A stretch of 64,000 bases of DNA, taken from positions 8,271 through 72,270 of IMG/VR virus record IMGVR_UViG_3300033076_001343; one strand, 5' to 3'. The first letter of the stretch is position 1; every line of letters begins with the position of its first letter. This stretch comes from a virus. The notes below the pieces were generated by a model. That model worked only from the letters and a program-made list of their open reading frames with translations, ran no database searches and had not been told where the DNA came from. The position numbers were made by a program, and so were the translations under genes. This document shows positions 26,367 through 35,982 of this stretch, one piece after another.

Positions 26367-26964
26367 ATTAGTATATCAAACTGCAGACCCAGAGATGGTC
26401 AATAGTGTGGAGGGATGGTTTATTCGTTCTGATTCCTCTTATCAAGTGTCGGAATTATCAGTTAAAAAAATTAACAGTGGCAAATACAACATCAAAGATG
26501 GTGATGAGGTAGAATTTGAGATTGAAACAAATTGCTCTGTTATTGATGGTGTTAAGGTTATCCACTCCGTTGTCGCAAAAATAGTAATGGAAGATAATCA
26601 ATACACAAAAGTTTTCCTAATTGATATTGATGGGACAATTTGTGATGATATTAAAAATGAAGAAAGTCACTTATATCCAACAGCCAAATTATTTCCATCG
26701 GCACTTGAGATAATCAATAAGTGGTATGACGAAGGTCATGTTATAACATTCTTTACCGCTCGTGAAGGTAAAGACCGTGAAGTAACTGAAACTTGGTTGA
26801 AAGAGAATGGTTTTAAATATCATGGTTTAGTGATGGACAAACCAAGAATTAAAGATAATCAAGAATACGTTTGGATTGATAATCGAAAAGTTAGAGCGGT
26901 CACTTATTTAGGTACTTGGTCAGAACTCAGAGAGGTTGATGCGAAAATACAAATATTTGAATAA
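26338..26964 (+). CDS. HAD-superfamily phosphatase (nucleotidase / polynucleotide 3'-phosphatase-like) with N-terminal extension
   Basis: Motif I LIDIDGTI (DxDGT), motif II TFFTAR, C-terminal WIDNRK. About 90-aa N-terminal domain of unknown function. Confidence 0.65.
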   Translation: MILKKIMKGKLVYQTADPEMVNSVEGWFIRSDSSYQVSELSVKKINSGKYNIKDGDEVEFEIETNCSVIDGVKVIHSVVAKIVMEDNQYTKVFLIDIDGTICDDIKNEESHLYPTAKLFPSALEIINKWYDEGHVITFFTAREGKDREVTETWLKENGFKYHGLVMDKPRIKDNQEYVWIDNRKVRAVTYLGTWSELREVDAKIQIFE

Positions 26965-27314
26965 TGGTAGATTTAACAAGATTATTAATAGGTATTATTT
27001 TTGGACTCATTGCACAGGTTGGAACATTTTTCCAATTGCAAGGACCCATGAAATATGAATGGTTGAAAACCCATTATTGGTTCAATGTGTTACTTGGTAT
27101 ACCTATTTCAATGTTATTCATATATTCAGTTCAGAATATGATATTGGCATTTGGTGGTCAAATGTGGCCTTCAAGGTTGATTGGTTTCAGTATTGGTGCA
27201 ATGGTATTCACCATATTAAGTTGGCAGATTTTCAACGAACCTTTGAGTTTGAAAACATTTGTGTGTTTAATGTTGGCATTTGGAATATTAATGGTACAAT
27301 TATTTTGGAAGTAA
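26964..27314 (+). CDS. small integral membrane protein
   Basis: 116 aa with about four hydrophobic segments. Confidence 0.5.
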   Translation: MVDLTRLLIGIIFGLIAQVGTFFQLQGPMKYEWLKTHYWFNVLLGIPISMLFIYSVQNMILAFGGQMWPSRLIGFSIGAMVFTILSWQIFNEPLSLKTFVCLMLAFGILMVQLFWK

Positions 27315-27318
27315 GATT

Positions 27319-27510
27319 ATGAATAATATGACTGATGTTGAAAAATCGGCACTAATATCAAAGTTAGATTATGAAATGACCAAAGCGATTTTAAATGGTC
27401 ATAAGTCAGTTGTTGGTGATAAATTCCAAGAACATAGGGACACAATATTAAAACTAAGAAAAGAATTATTTCCAAACTCAGTTTGGGCTTTAGGAACAAA
27501 ACAATATTAA
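27319..27510 (+). CDS. hypothetical protein
   Basis: 63-aa ORF. Confidence 0.4.
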   Translation: MNNMTDVEKSALISKLDYEMTKAILNGHKSVVGDKFQEHRDTILKLRKELFPNSVWALGTKQY

Positions 27511-27513
27511 AAT

Positions 27514-28578
27514 ATGAATAGTTTAGACAAACAATATCAAGATTTACTCCAATCAATTTTGGATTATGGGGTTGAAAAGAAAGACCGAACAGGTACAGGT
27601 ACCAAATCTATTTTTGGTTATACCATTCGTCATAATATGAGTGAAGGATTTCCTGTATTAACAACCAAGAAAATGGCTTGGAAGACTATGGTAACCGAAC
27701 TTCTATGGTTCCTTCGTGGTGATACAAACATCAAGTTCCTTGTCGATAATGGTTGTCATATTTGGGATGGCGATGCTTATAAGAATTATTTAATTGAAGA
27801 TGCTAAAATCTTACCTAATATGTCAAAGGAAAAAATGTTAGAGTTTGGATTTGGATTAACAAAAGAAGAATTCATCAACAAAATCAAAACAGATGATGAG
27901 TTTGCTAAGAAGTGGGGTGAATTAGGCCCTGTGTATGGTAAGCAATGGAGAAGTTGGGATGCTCATAATAAATACGATATTGACCCAACACCTGTAGACC
28001 AAATCACAAACCTAATTAACGACCTTAAAACAAATCCTGACTCAAGACGATTAATGGTTTCAGCTTGGAATGTAGGTGAATTAGACCAAATGGTTCTCCC
28101 TCCTTGTCATTATGGATTTCAAGTTTATACAAGAGAGTTGAGTGAAGGTGAAAGAGGATTGTTGTTACAACCCTACGGATTAGACCCATTAACAAAAGAA
28201 GGTAGAGATAGAGTATGGAAAGAAAATAATTTACCAACAAGAGCCATCTCTTTAATGTGGAATCAACGTTCAGTAGATACATTCTTAGGTTTACCATTTA
28301 ACATCGCATCTTACGGACTTCTATTGACTATTTTAGCAAAAGAAGTTAACATGGTTCCTGACCAACTGATTGGTAATTTAGGTGATACCCACCTTTACCT
28401 TAATCATATTGAACAGGCAAAAGAACAGATTACAAGAGAACCATTTAAGTTACCGACTCTCAATCAATTCCCAACTTACGAAGGTTCAAGACCATCAATA
28501 GAATCTTATGTGGTTAGTGATTTTACACTTAAAGATTATCAATCACACGAATCAATTAAAGCACCATTATCAAATTAA
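27514..28578 (+). CDS. thyA: thymidylate synthase (ThyA) with two insertions
   Basis: RTGTGT, LPPCH, FNIASY and DTHLYLNH motifs. 354 aa versus about 264 aa for a typical ThyA; extra segments lie near residues 95-140 and after PPCH. Confidence 0.9.
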   Translation: MNSLDKQYQDLLQSILDYGVEKKDRTGTGTKSIFGYTIRHNMSEGFPVLTTKKMAWKTMVTELLWFLRGDTNIKFLVDNGCHIWDGDAYKNYLIEDAKILPNMSKEKMLEFGFGLTKEEFINKIKTDDEFAKKWGELGPVYGKQWRSWDAHNKYDIDPTPVDQITNLINDLKTNPDSRRLMVSAWNVGELDQMVLPPCHYGFQVYTRELSEGERGLLLQPYGLDPLTKEGRDRVWKENNLPTRAISLMWNQRSVDTFLGLPFNIASYGLLLTILAKEVNMVPDQLIGNLGDTHLYLNHIEQAKEQITREPFKLPTLNQFPTYEGSRPSIESYVVSDFTLKDYQSHESIKAPLSN

Positions 28579-28579
28579 T

Positions 28580-28762
28580 ATGACAAAAGAAACAAAATTT
28601 AAAGTAGGAGACAAAGCAATCAAAGTTAAGGGATACAAATTCCCATGCACCATCGTATCAGTTTTTGAAACAGTTGAAGGAAATGTTAGAGTAGTCGGAG
28701 AAATGGATGACTACGGATTATTACACATTTTTAACGAAGACCAACTAGAAAAAGTTGATTAA
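28580..28762 (+). CDS. hypothetical small protein
   Basis: MTKETKFKVGDKAIKVKGYKF...; start chosen at the internal Met of ORF 28508-28762. Confidence 0.4.
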   Translation: MTKETKFKVGDKAIKVKGYKFPCTIVSVFETVEGNVRVVGEMDDYGLLHIFNEDQLEKVD

Positions 28763-29364
28763 TAAAAATGCATGTACATCTGTACTATTTTTTGAGCAAA
28801 TCTTTGGATTAGAATATTAAACCGATGCATGTCGTCAAAATCATTATTTTTTGATGACATGTATTTTATTAAACCTTGAATCATCTTATCTTTTGATTCA
28901 TCCGCCATATCTAATACTTCTTGGAACGCCTCATTATCTTCTCTGTCTTCACCATAGTATCTGTCAATCCAATCTCTACCTGAAAATAAAAATGCACCTG
29001 ACTGAAACATGTTAATTGCACCAGATTTCTGTACTTTCTTAAGGTACTCTCTAAAAAATCTGTAGTCAAAATTTTCAAAAATATCAGGGTTTTTCTCAAA
29101 GAATTCATATTGGTTTGAACCCTCATCAATTCTTTCTTCAGGAGCCTTAACCCAACTGTCTGTAAGTGATAATAAACTTAAAGAACTACCATTATCCCAC
29201 ATAACATTAATAATCTCAGCATCTTCTTCAAAAGGGTCTCTACTCACATTTCTAACAGTACCAAGTGTGCCAGGAGGAATCCCAGTTTCACCATCCATGT
29301 GAAGACACATCACTCTATCACCTTTAGTTAATTGCGGATTTAATTCTCTTCTTGGCTTACTCAT
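28759..29364 (-). CDS. hypothetical protein
   Basis: 201-aa ORF. Confidence 0.5.
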   Translation of the reverse strand: MSKPRRELNPQLTKGDRVMCLHMDGETGIPPGTLGTVRNVSRDPFEEDAEIINVMWDNGSSLSLLSLTDSWVKAPEERIDEGSNQYEFFEKNPDIFENFDYRFFREYLKKVQKSGAINMFQSGAFLFSGRDWIDRYYGEDREDNEAFQEVLDMADESKDKMIQGLIKYMSSKNNDFDDMHRFNILIQRFAQKIVQMYMHFY

Positions 29365-29380
29365 AACATTAAATATCTTT

Positions 29381-29397
29381 GATATATTTATAAGTAT
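29381..29397 (+). promoter_or_regulatory. candidate promoter motif GATATATTTATAAGTAT abutting the ATG
   Basis: Near-identical to GCGATATTTATAAGTAAG at 10181-10198. Confidence 0.4.
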
Positions 29398-30021
29398 ATG
29401 GATTTTTTAATTAACGAATCTCAACTGAGATTAATACTTCAAGAACAAGACCAATCTAAAATGACCGATTACATGAAAGAAATGTATTCGTTCACTAAAA
29501 GTTTGGTTGAAAAGTCAAAGAAGATTTATGGTTTGAACCTTAAATTACTTTTGACTTGGGGTGCATCAGTTGGTGGATTTGTATTACCATTAGATAACTT
29601 CATCAAAACAGGGAGATTCAATTTAACTGAAGAACAACAAGTTCTTATCTTGGTTGGTATTGCCTGTACTTACTTTTACGACAACTCAAGAGCCATTAGA
29701 TTAATTTATAAGAAGATTAAAGCTGAAGGTCTTGAAGATGTGTTCAAAGAAGTTTTAGTTAAATCTAAAAACCTAAAAAATTCATTCTTCAAATTCTTAA
29801 ATTCATCTAACATAACTTTAGGTTCAAGTATGGACTTAATAGCATATTCATTTCTAATCCCAATTGTAAATGATATTATGGATGTTGCATATCATGGTGG
29901 TAGTGTGGATACTGCAGTTAATCTAATAGTTAAAAGATTAGTCGCCTCAGGTGTAATTATTGTCAGTAAAATAATATTAACTGACGCAATCAAGAAATTA
30001 GTTAAGAAGTTTAGTCGATAA
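29398..30021 (+). CDS. hypothetical protein with MDFLINESQL leader
   Basis: N-terminus matches the MKYLIKESQ leader family; preceded by GATATATTTATAAGTAT. Confidence 0.5.
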   Translation: MDFLINESQLRLILQEQDQSKMTDYMKEMYSFTKSLVEKSKKIYGLNLKLLLTWGASVGGFVLPLDNFIKTGRFNLTEEQQVLILVGIACTYFYDNSRAIRLIYKKIKAEGLEDVFKEVLVKSKNLKNSFFKFLNSSNITLGSSMDLIAYSFLIPIVNDIMDVAYHGGSVDTAVNLIVKRLVASGVIIVSKIILTDAIKKLVKKFSR

Positions 30022-30751
30022 ACATACGAAGTTTAAAACCCATGGCAGGTGATGTCGGTCGGTATTCTTTACCATTAATTTTATTAAGGTAATAATTTGC
30101 ATTGAAATAAACTTCAAGATATTCTATTTGAACACTAGGTTCTAAGACCCTATAAATTATATCTTGTGCCTTATCTCTTAATTGGTCATTATCTTGTAGT
30201 CTATCATTCAAGGTTGATGCGAATTCATCAATTTGACTTGGGTTAATGCTGAATTCTCCATTATTCACTATAATATCTGAAACATTAAAATAAAAATAAA
30301 AATCAATATCAGACCCATTAACTTCATAAAATCGTATCTTTGATTTTTCCCAATCCATACTACCTCTAACTTCAAAGGTATCGTAATCTGAACCCATACT
30401 GCGAATTGAAAAATTTGACAAATTACCATTCAAAGAATTTATAATTTCATTTTGGTCTTCTTCGTTAATATATGCCTTTCTTTTTGGTAACTGACCTTCA
30501 ACTAATATTACTTCTTGATAAGAAATACCTGAACCATAATATTGATTCATATTTTCAAGTATATGGTACACATCATAACTAAACTTTTCAACAACATATG
30601 ATTGTCCCTTTTTAGGTAAAATAACATTTACAGTTATCTCAATCCCAAAATCTTCGTGAGGTTCAACGGAAATAAATTGGTATTCAAATCCATCAACTAT
30701 GAATGGTTCTGACATTAAAAAGTTTTTTGCAAATTTAACTAAATTGTTCAT
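30011..30751 (-). CDS. hypothetical protein
   Basis: 246-aa ORF. Confidence 0.5.
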   Translation of the reverse strand: MNNLVKFAKNFLMSEPFIVDGFEYQFISVEPHEDFGIEITVNVILPKKGQSYVVEKFSYDVYHILENMNQYYGSGISYQEVILVEGQLPKRKAYINEEDQNEIINSLNGNLSNFSIRSMGSDYDTFEVRGSMDWEKSKIRFYEVNGSDIDFYFYFNVSDIIVNNGEFSINPSQIDEFASTLNDRLQDNDQLRDKAQDIIYRVLEPSVQIEYLEVYFNANYYLNKINGKEYRPTSPAMGFKLRMFID

Positions 30752-31749
30752 TATAAACTATCCAATATTTTGTCGACAACAATATCGATTTCGTCGTCAG
30801 TTAAACCATGTTTGTGACGATTTTTATCAAACCAATCATCAACCACATCCGCAAATGGTCTTCTTTGTTTTTGGGCTCGTTTTTTAAATCCAGCAATTTG
30901 AGCTTCGATTTCGTGAGGTTGTGTATAATATTTCAATGATTTTTTTGGTTCTTTTCTTGGGAACTTATAACCTCTTTCGTTTTGTTCTAAATGTTTTATT
31001 TCATGAGAAATTAATTCAACCAATTCAAAATGTAATTCTTCCAACATTTCACGGTCTAAATTCGGATTTGATTTTATTCTAACAACAATGGTGTCATCAT
31101 CTGCATAGTATTCCCCATCAACATCTACCGTGTCAACATCATCATCCACTTCCATATATAATTCAACCGAAAATGGTGAGTCTATATTAGGGAAAATATA
31201 GACCATCTCTTCACCACCAAGAATATCTTCAGGTAAATTAAACTCACCCTCTTTTTGATATTTGAATGTCGTTAGAATGTCTTTTACCACATTTTTTATT
31301 GCGATATCGTATCTACCTTCATTTATCACTCCTTCCAACATATACTTTGGGTCAACATCAGTCACTTTATCAATAATTCTGGTACAAGTCACATAGTTAT
31401 CAATACCCCAATATTTTAAAAATTTACGTAATAGTTCATTGACTTGAGATGTTAATGAGTAGAATTTAGTATCAGTATTTGATATAACATAATCGTGTGT
31501 TTTTGCTGCTGCAAACACATAACCCAATATTTGTCTTAAGTGTTCGTCGTCAACTTTTTCTAATATTAAAGTATATTCAATAAAATTTTTCCATTCACCA
31601 ATAGAAATCATTGGTTTCATTCCTGTCAATTTTACTTTAACATCTATTTTACTGACATCATTTGGCAACCCATAAGGATTTGTAATTACAAATGAGTGGT
31701 CGCTTAAAAACTCATTAAGACGTTCAATAGGGAAATCAATAATATCCAT
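30751..31749 (-). CDS. hypothetical protein with HExxH motif
   Basis: ELISHEIKHLEQ (H-E-I-K-H); possible zincin-like peptidase, weak. Confidence 0.45.
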   Translation of the reverse strand: MDIIDFPIERLNEFLSDHSFVITNPYGLPNDVSKIDVKVKLTGMKPMISIGEWKNFIEYTLILEKVDDEHLRQILGYVFAAAKTHDYVISNTDTKFYSLTSQVNELLRKFLKYWGIDNYVTCTRIIDKVTDVDPKYMLEGVINEGRYDIAIKNVVKDILTTFKYQKEGEFNLPEDILGGEEMVYIFPNIDSPFSVELYMEVDDDVDTVDVDGEYYADDDTIVVRIKSNPNLDREMLEELHFELVELISHEIKHLEQNERGYKFPRKEPKKSLKYYTQPHEIEAQIAGFKKRAQKQRRPFADVVDDWFDKNRHKHGLTDDEIDIVVDKILDSL

Positions 31750-32201
31750 TACTTATAAATACTACCATATGGAATAGATAATCCAATTCCGAACCTAAAT
31801 CCATCCATATAGTTAATACCTACCGCAAAATCCATGTTGGTTTTCTCACCAGTAATCATTCTGATAGGATAAATTTTTACCCAAATATCAGGACTTAATT
31901 CAGGTCCATCAAAGTAAGCTTTGAGGTATGCTCCACCCATAATACTAAATGTGTTTTTTTCATTAACATAGGTTAGACCAACCCTGTTGATAATTGTTAA
32001 TGGTGTTGTGTAGATGTAAGGATGTGGAAAAGTTGTCACATAATACCCTCCACAATACAATCCAATTTGTTTATAGTTGTAAGAAGCAACCAAACTTTTT
32101 TGACTTGGAACATATAAAACATCACACTGTTGAGCCTTGACAGTTATAAATAAAAAAAGTAAAATTGTTGTGAGTATCGTTTTCATATAACAAAGATACA
32201 A
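31749..32201 (-). CDS. secreted small beta-rich protein (outer-membrane protein-like)
   Basis: Signal peptide MKTILTTILLFLFITVKAQQ; alternating hydrophobic pattern; aromatic-rich C-terminus. Confidence 0.45.
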   Translation of the reverse strand: MYLCYMKTILTTILLFLFITVKAQQCDVLYVPSQKSLVASYNYKQIGLYCGGYYVTTFPHPYIYTTPLTIINRVGLTYVNEKNTFSIMGGAYLKAYFDGPELSPDIWVKIYPIRMITGEKTNMDFAVGINYMDGFRFGIGLSIPYGSIYK

Positions 32202-32256
32202 AAAAAGTTTGAACTTAAAATTTTATTTTACTATAATTTAAAAAACGAAATATAAC

Positions 32257-33309
32257 ATGTCACGAATTAATGAACTTAAGAAACAAAATCCATTCCTAAC
32301 CATAGACGGTATTGATTTTATCACCGAATTGGTGGGTAAGAGTAAATACACAGAAATGTTGGTTAATTTAATTAAAAATGACCGAATGAAAGAATTTGAC
32401 TCCGAAAGTCGTCGAAATGATTATGAGTACGAGCTAAAAGAATTCGGTTATGATGATGAAGCCCTTAAAAACATGGATATTACCGAACTAATGAGAAGAG
32501 TAATGTTTTTGAGTTATTATGTTGGTCATAATCATTTAAGAATGATTAAACAATTTATTGACTTAAACGAACGAAACTTAATTTCTCAAAATGATATAAC
32601 CAAATACAAAACTTTTAGGGATGTTGAATTAGAGATTTCTTTGTCAGAACTTAAAAATATGGACAAAGAATTATCTAAACAAACTCATAAATTATATGAA
32701 GATAATGAGTGGTTGGTAATTAAACCTATGTCATACCAAGCATCTTTAAAATATGGTGCAAGTACTAAATGGTGTACCGCGTCAAAAGAAAATTCTGACT
32801 ATTACTTGAGATATTCTAGAAAGGGTATTTTAATTTATTGTATTAACAAAATTACAGGTGATAAAGTTGCGACATTTAAATCCCATGAACAATACGAAAA
32901 AGAAACATCATTTTGGGATATTGTAGACCAAAGAATTGATTCAATGGAAAGTGGTTTACCGAATGTTGTAATTGACGTAATTAAGAAAGAATTCAAAGAG
33001 CAAGTTAAATCTAACTTTGAATTATTATCTGACGAAGAAAGAAACCGACAATTAATGGAATTGGAAGGTAGATATTTAAAAGTTTCTGAGGGGGAACAAC
33101 CACAACCAACTGAACAAGAGGTTATTCCTAGATTCCGAAATGTTGCAAGATTAGTACCTAGGAGAACTCGTAATATTGAGGAAACAGTTACAGAACAAAT
33201 AACTGAAGATATTAATGAAGATATTATTAATCAACTACGTAGATTGGTTAATTACGAAAATCAAGATGAGGTAGTTGATGGTTATGAATATCCAAACCAA
33301 GCAGGTTAA
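32257..33309 (+). CDS. hypothetical protein
   Basis: 350-aa ORF. Confidence 0.5.
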   Translation: MSRINELKKQNPFLTIDGIDFITELVGKSKYTEMLVNLIKNDRMKEFDSESRRNDYEYELKEFGYDDEALKNMDITELMRRVMFLSYYVGHNHLRMIKQFIDLNERNLISQNDITKYKTFRDVELEISLSELKNMDKELSKQTHKLYEDNEWLVIKPMSYQASLKYGASTKWCTASKENSDYYLRYSRKGILIYCINKITGDKVATFKSHEQYEKETSFWDIVDQRIDSMESGLPNVVIDVIKKEFKEQVKSNFELLSDEERNRQLMELEGRYLKVSEGEQPQPTEQEVIPRFRNVARLVPRRTRNIEETVTEQITEDINEDIINQLRRLVNYENQDEVVDGYEYPNQAG

Positions 33310-33623
33310 TCAAATTCTTCAATTTCAACTATTAAGTTACCAGAACCTTTTAGAACACGATGCCAAGCAAGTTTCGGAATGAATATTTGTTTGGCATTTT
33401 CTAATTTGTTTGGCAATTCATTTTCCATTTGAAATAACCAACCGTTACCTTCAATCACAGTAACTTTACGGTCTTTAAGGTCTTGATGCCATTTTAATTC
33501 ATCTTCTTCCACGTCAGGACTAAATGTTCTAACTAATTTACCTTCTTTTTCAATCTGTTCAAATGGGAACTCCATACTAAAATAATGGTCTTTTATTCCA
33601 ATAAATGTGTAGTTGTTTATCAA
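33306..33623 (-). CDS. hypothetical protein
   Basis: 105-aa ORF; start possibly the internal MEFPFEQ. Confidence 0.45.
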   Translation of the reverse strand: MINNYTFIGIKDHYFSMEFPFEQIEKEGKLVRTFSPDVEEDELKWHQDLKDRKVTVIEGNGWLFQMENELPNKLENAKQIFIPKLAWHRVLKGSGNLIVEIEEFD

Positions 33624-33876
33624 CTCCTAACATTTTAAAAAAATTTGATATGTCTAAATTAATTCTATTTGTAATACTTCCTTTTGAATAATCAGGTTCC
33701 ATATCAATAAAAAAATTAATTCTATTTGGATTTGATGGACCATAATTAACTTTATAAACTATCATTGTAATAGGTTCATCATCTTCACCAACTAATTCAC
33801 TATTAATTTCAGGTGAAATTACATCATCTAAATAATTTTGTAAGTATTTTTCAATCTTATCAGTTTCCATTACCAA
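33577..33876 (-). CDS. hypothetical protein
   Basis: 99-aa ORF. Confidence 0.45.
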   Translation of the reverse strand: MVMETDKIEKYLQNYLDDVISPEINSELVGEDDEPITMIVYKVNYGPSNPNRINFFIDMEPDYSKGSITNRINLDISNFFKMLGVDKQLHIYWNKRPLF

Positions 33877-34493
33877 GAATTTGAAGATGATAGACCTAAT
33901 TGTTTTGCATATCTACCAACATTACAAGACCAGTAACCTGCAGTTGTCCTATCTTTCTTTTGGTCACACTTGTGTCTTGCTCTAAATGATTTGGCTCTTT
34001 TCTTATTTGAGTTTTTTATCTTTAATCCTGGGTCACCAAAAGTAACTTTTTTAACACCACCATTTTTACTTTTAACATAAACCGCAAATTTCTTTGGTCC
34101 ACCTGGTGTTCTAAATGGTTTACCTAATTTAACATTTTTACCACGATGTTTAGCTTCTGCTAAAATATCCTCTTCAGTTTCTGTTTCATAAATGTAAGGT
34201 GCATCTAAATAAACAATTTCATTACCTATTTTAACTCTTTTACCCAAATCAGATTCAACCATTAACCTATCTTCTTCGTTCAAATCAATAACACCTTCAT
34301 TATATAATGCTCTAACTTCGTTTACTAAATCGAAGTAACCTTCAGAATAAACTCTAAATACATTATCAGTTAAAGACAATCCATTATCAATATGATATTG
34401 TAATGCTTCTGAAATCTCAACATTCTCTTTCAAGATTAAAGTTTGGTCAAGATGTTGTTCTAACGCTTCTCTGATTAATTTTTTTAAATTCAT
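33870..34493 (-). CDS. hypothetical basic protein
   Basis: 207-aa ORF with Lys/Arg-rich C-terminus; AGTATTTATAATAAAA motif upstream. Confidence 0.5.
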   Translation of the reverse strand: MNLKKLIREALEQHLDQTLILKENVEISEALQYHIDNGLSLTDNVFRVYSEGYFDLVNEVRALYNEGVIDLNEEDRLMVESDLGKRVKIGNEIVYLDAPYIYETETEEDILAEAKHRGKNVKLGKPFRTPGGPKKFAVYVKSKNGGVKKVTFGDPGLKIKNSNKKRAKSFRARHKCDQKKDRTTAGYWSCNVGRYAKQLGLSSSNSW

Positions 34494-34530
34494 ATTTGTG
34501 AGTATTTTATTATAAATACTTCGATTATCC

Positions 34531-34971
34531 TTGTTTGTGGTATTTATGATAAAGAATAATATGGAAGAGTCTGAACCATTATTTTACGAAAGTGAATTTT
34601 TACCAAATGTCCAAATTGCGGTGGTATCTGAAGATAATCCACAATACAAAGATTTGAAACCATTTTTTGATGAATATGGTTATGGGTTTATGGTTCCTGG
34701 TAAAAATTTAATTATTGTTGATGGTGAACAGGTAGATAACTTTGACAATTTAAAGTTTATTGAGGCTCACGAAGTGTCACATATTATTATGGGTCACGAT
34801 GGTCCAAGAAACCAAGATGACGAAGTTGATGCTGATTTAGGAGCATATATTTTATTAAAACAATCAGGTAAAAATGAATCCCTAAAACAATTATTAAAGT
34901 ATTTCAAAACTCGTCATGGGATTAAATTCGACGAAAATTTACTAGAAAGAGTAAAAAATTACTTTTCTTAA
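34531..34971 (+). CDS. putative zinc metallopeptidase-like protein (HExxH)
   Basis: EAHEVSHIIMGHDG resembles ImmA/IrrE-type HExxH...H cores; followed by a strong terminator. Confidence 0.45.
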   Translation: MFVVFMIKNNMEESEPLFYESEFLPNVQIAVVSEDNPQYKDLKPFFDEYGYGFMVPGKNLIIVDGEQVDNFDNLKFIEAHEVSHIIMGHDGPRNQDDEVDADLGAYILLKQSGKNESLKQLLKYFKTRHGIKFDENLLERVKNYFS

Positions 34972-34972
34972 C

Positions 34973-34992
34973 ACCTACAAGTAGGTTTTTTT
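34973..34992 (+). terminator. intrinsic terminator
   Basis: ACCTAC-AAG-TAGGT + T7. Confidence 0.5.
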
Positions 34993-35059
34993 CAAAAGTT
35001 TGTTATATTTATTTGTACATCGCTCCTTACGGAGTGTTCTCATATATACCTTTTCCAAA

Positions 35060-35097
35060 AGACCCGTGAATTTATTTTGACGGGTCTTATTTTTTTA
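35060..35097 (+). terminator. second tandem intrinsic terminator
   Basis: AGACCCGT-(12 nt)-ACGGGTCT + T8. Confidence 0.55.
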
Positions 35098-35122
35098 TTA
35101 CATTTGTAGAAATCTAAAAATT

Positions 35123-35362
35123 ATGGGAGCAACAAGTAATCATTACGGAGATATCTCGGCTTGGGTCGAAAAAGTTATCGAATCATGTGAAACATCTAAA
35201 CAGGCAATTACTGCACATAGATTATTAAGAAATTTTGAAGACCGTCTTATATCGGAATTTCAAGAAACTTATTGGCCAAATCAACACTACGATATCATTC
35301 GTCCTTTGAGTTTAAAGTTACTTGACAAAAAAGATGAAATATTAAAAAAAGAATTATTATGA
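35123..35362 (+). CDS. hypothetical protein
   Basis: 79-aa ORF downstream of two tandem terminators. Confidence 0.4.
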   Translation: MGATSNHYGDISAWVEKVIESCETSKQAITAHRLLRNFEDRLISEFQETYWPNQHYDIIRPLSLKLLDKKDEILKKELL

Positions 35363-35982
35363 AGGTAGAATTTGCAGACTCTTTTAGTAAGAGCATAAAA
35401 AGATTAATACGTCACAACACTTGGTGGTATAAAACATACTCCCTGTTTCGTTATGACTTACCAAGATTTTTCAAAAACATTTGGAAATTCAGAAAAGGAT
35501 TATGGAACCATTATTGGTTTGACCATCACGGTACCTTGAGATTTTTGGAAATAGGTCTTACCGATATGGCGGATAGGATTGAGAGAGATGGTTTGGAGGT
35601 TGATTCGTCTCGTTTGAAGAAAGTCGCCAAAATGCGTAGAGCCGTTGAGTTAATTAAAAACTACAACGAAGACAACTACATTGAAATGGCTGAAAAAGAA
35701 CTTGGAGAAATAGTTCTTCATGAATGGGAATTTGAAGATGTTGAAGGCAAGCCAGGTTATTCTCGTCTAGTTGATAATGACACTGAAGAGGAAAAAGACC
35801 ATAATCACAAAGTATTTGAAAGAGCCCATGAAATCGAAGAAAGTGAGTGGAATGAGTTGTTTACGATTTTAAAAGGTCGACCTTCACCTGAATTTCAAAT
35901 GTTTTTAGACAAATCTGAAAACAAAGAGTCCGCTTGGGATAATTGGTTTGATGGTTCTGGTATGCGAGGTTGGTGGGATTGA
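35359..35982 (+). CDS. hypothetical protein
   Basis: 207-aa ORF. Confidence 0.5.
   Translation: MKVEFADSFSKSIKRLIRHNTWWYKTYSLFRYDLPRFFKNIWKFRKGLWNHYWFDHHGTLRFLEIGLTDMADRIERDGLEVDSSRLKKVAKMRRAVELIKNYNEDNYIEMAEKELGEIVLHEWEFEDVEGKPGYSRLVDNDTEEEKDHNHKVFERAHEIEESEWNELFTILKGRPSPEFQMFLDKSENKESAWDNWFDGSGMRGWWD

Noticed and set aside
27514-28578. Group I intron in thyA (as in T4 td)
   Set aside because: ORF is uninterrupted with all motifs in order; the extra length is in-frame protein insertions.
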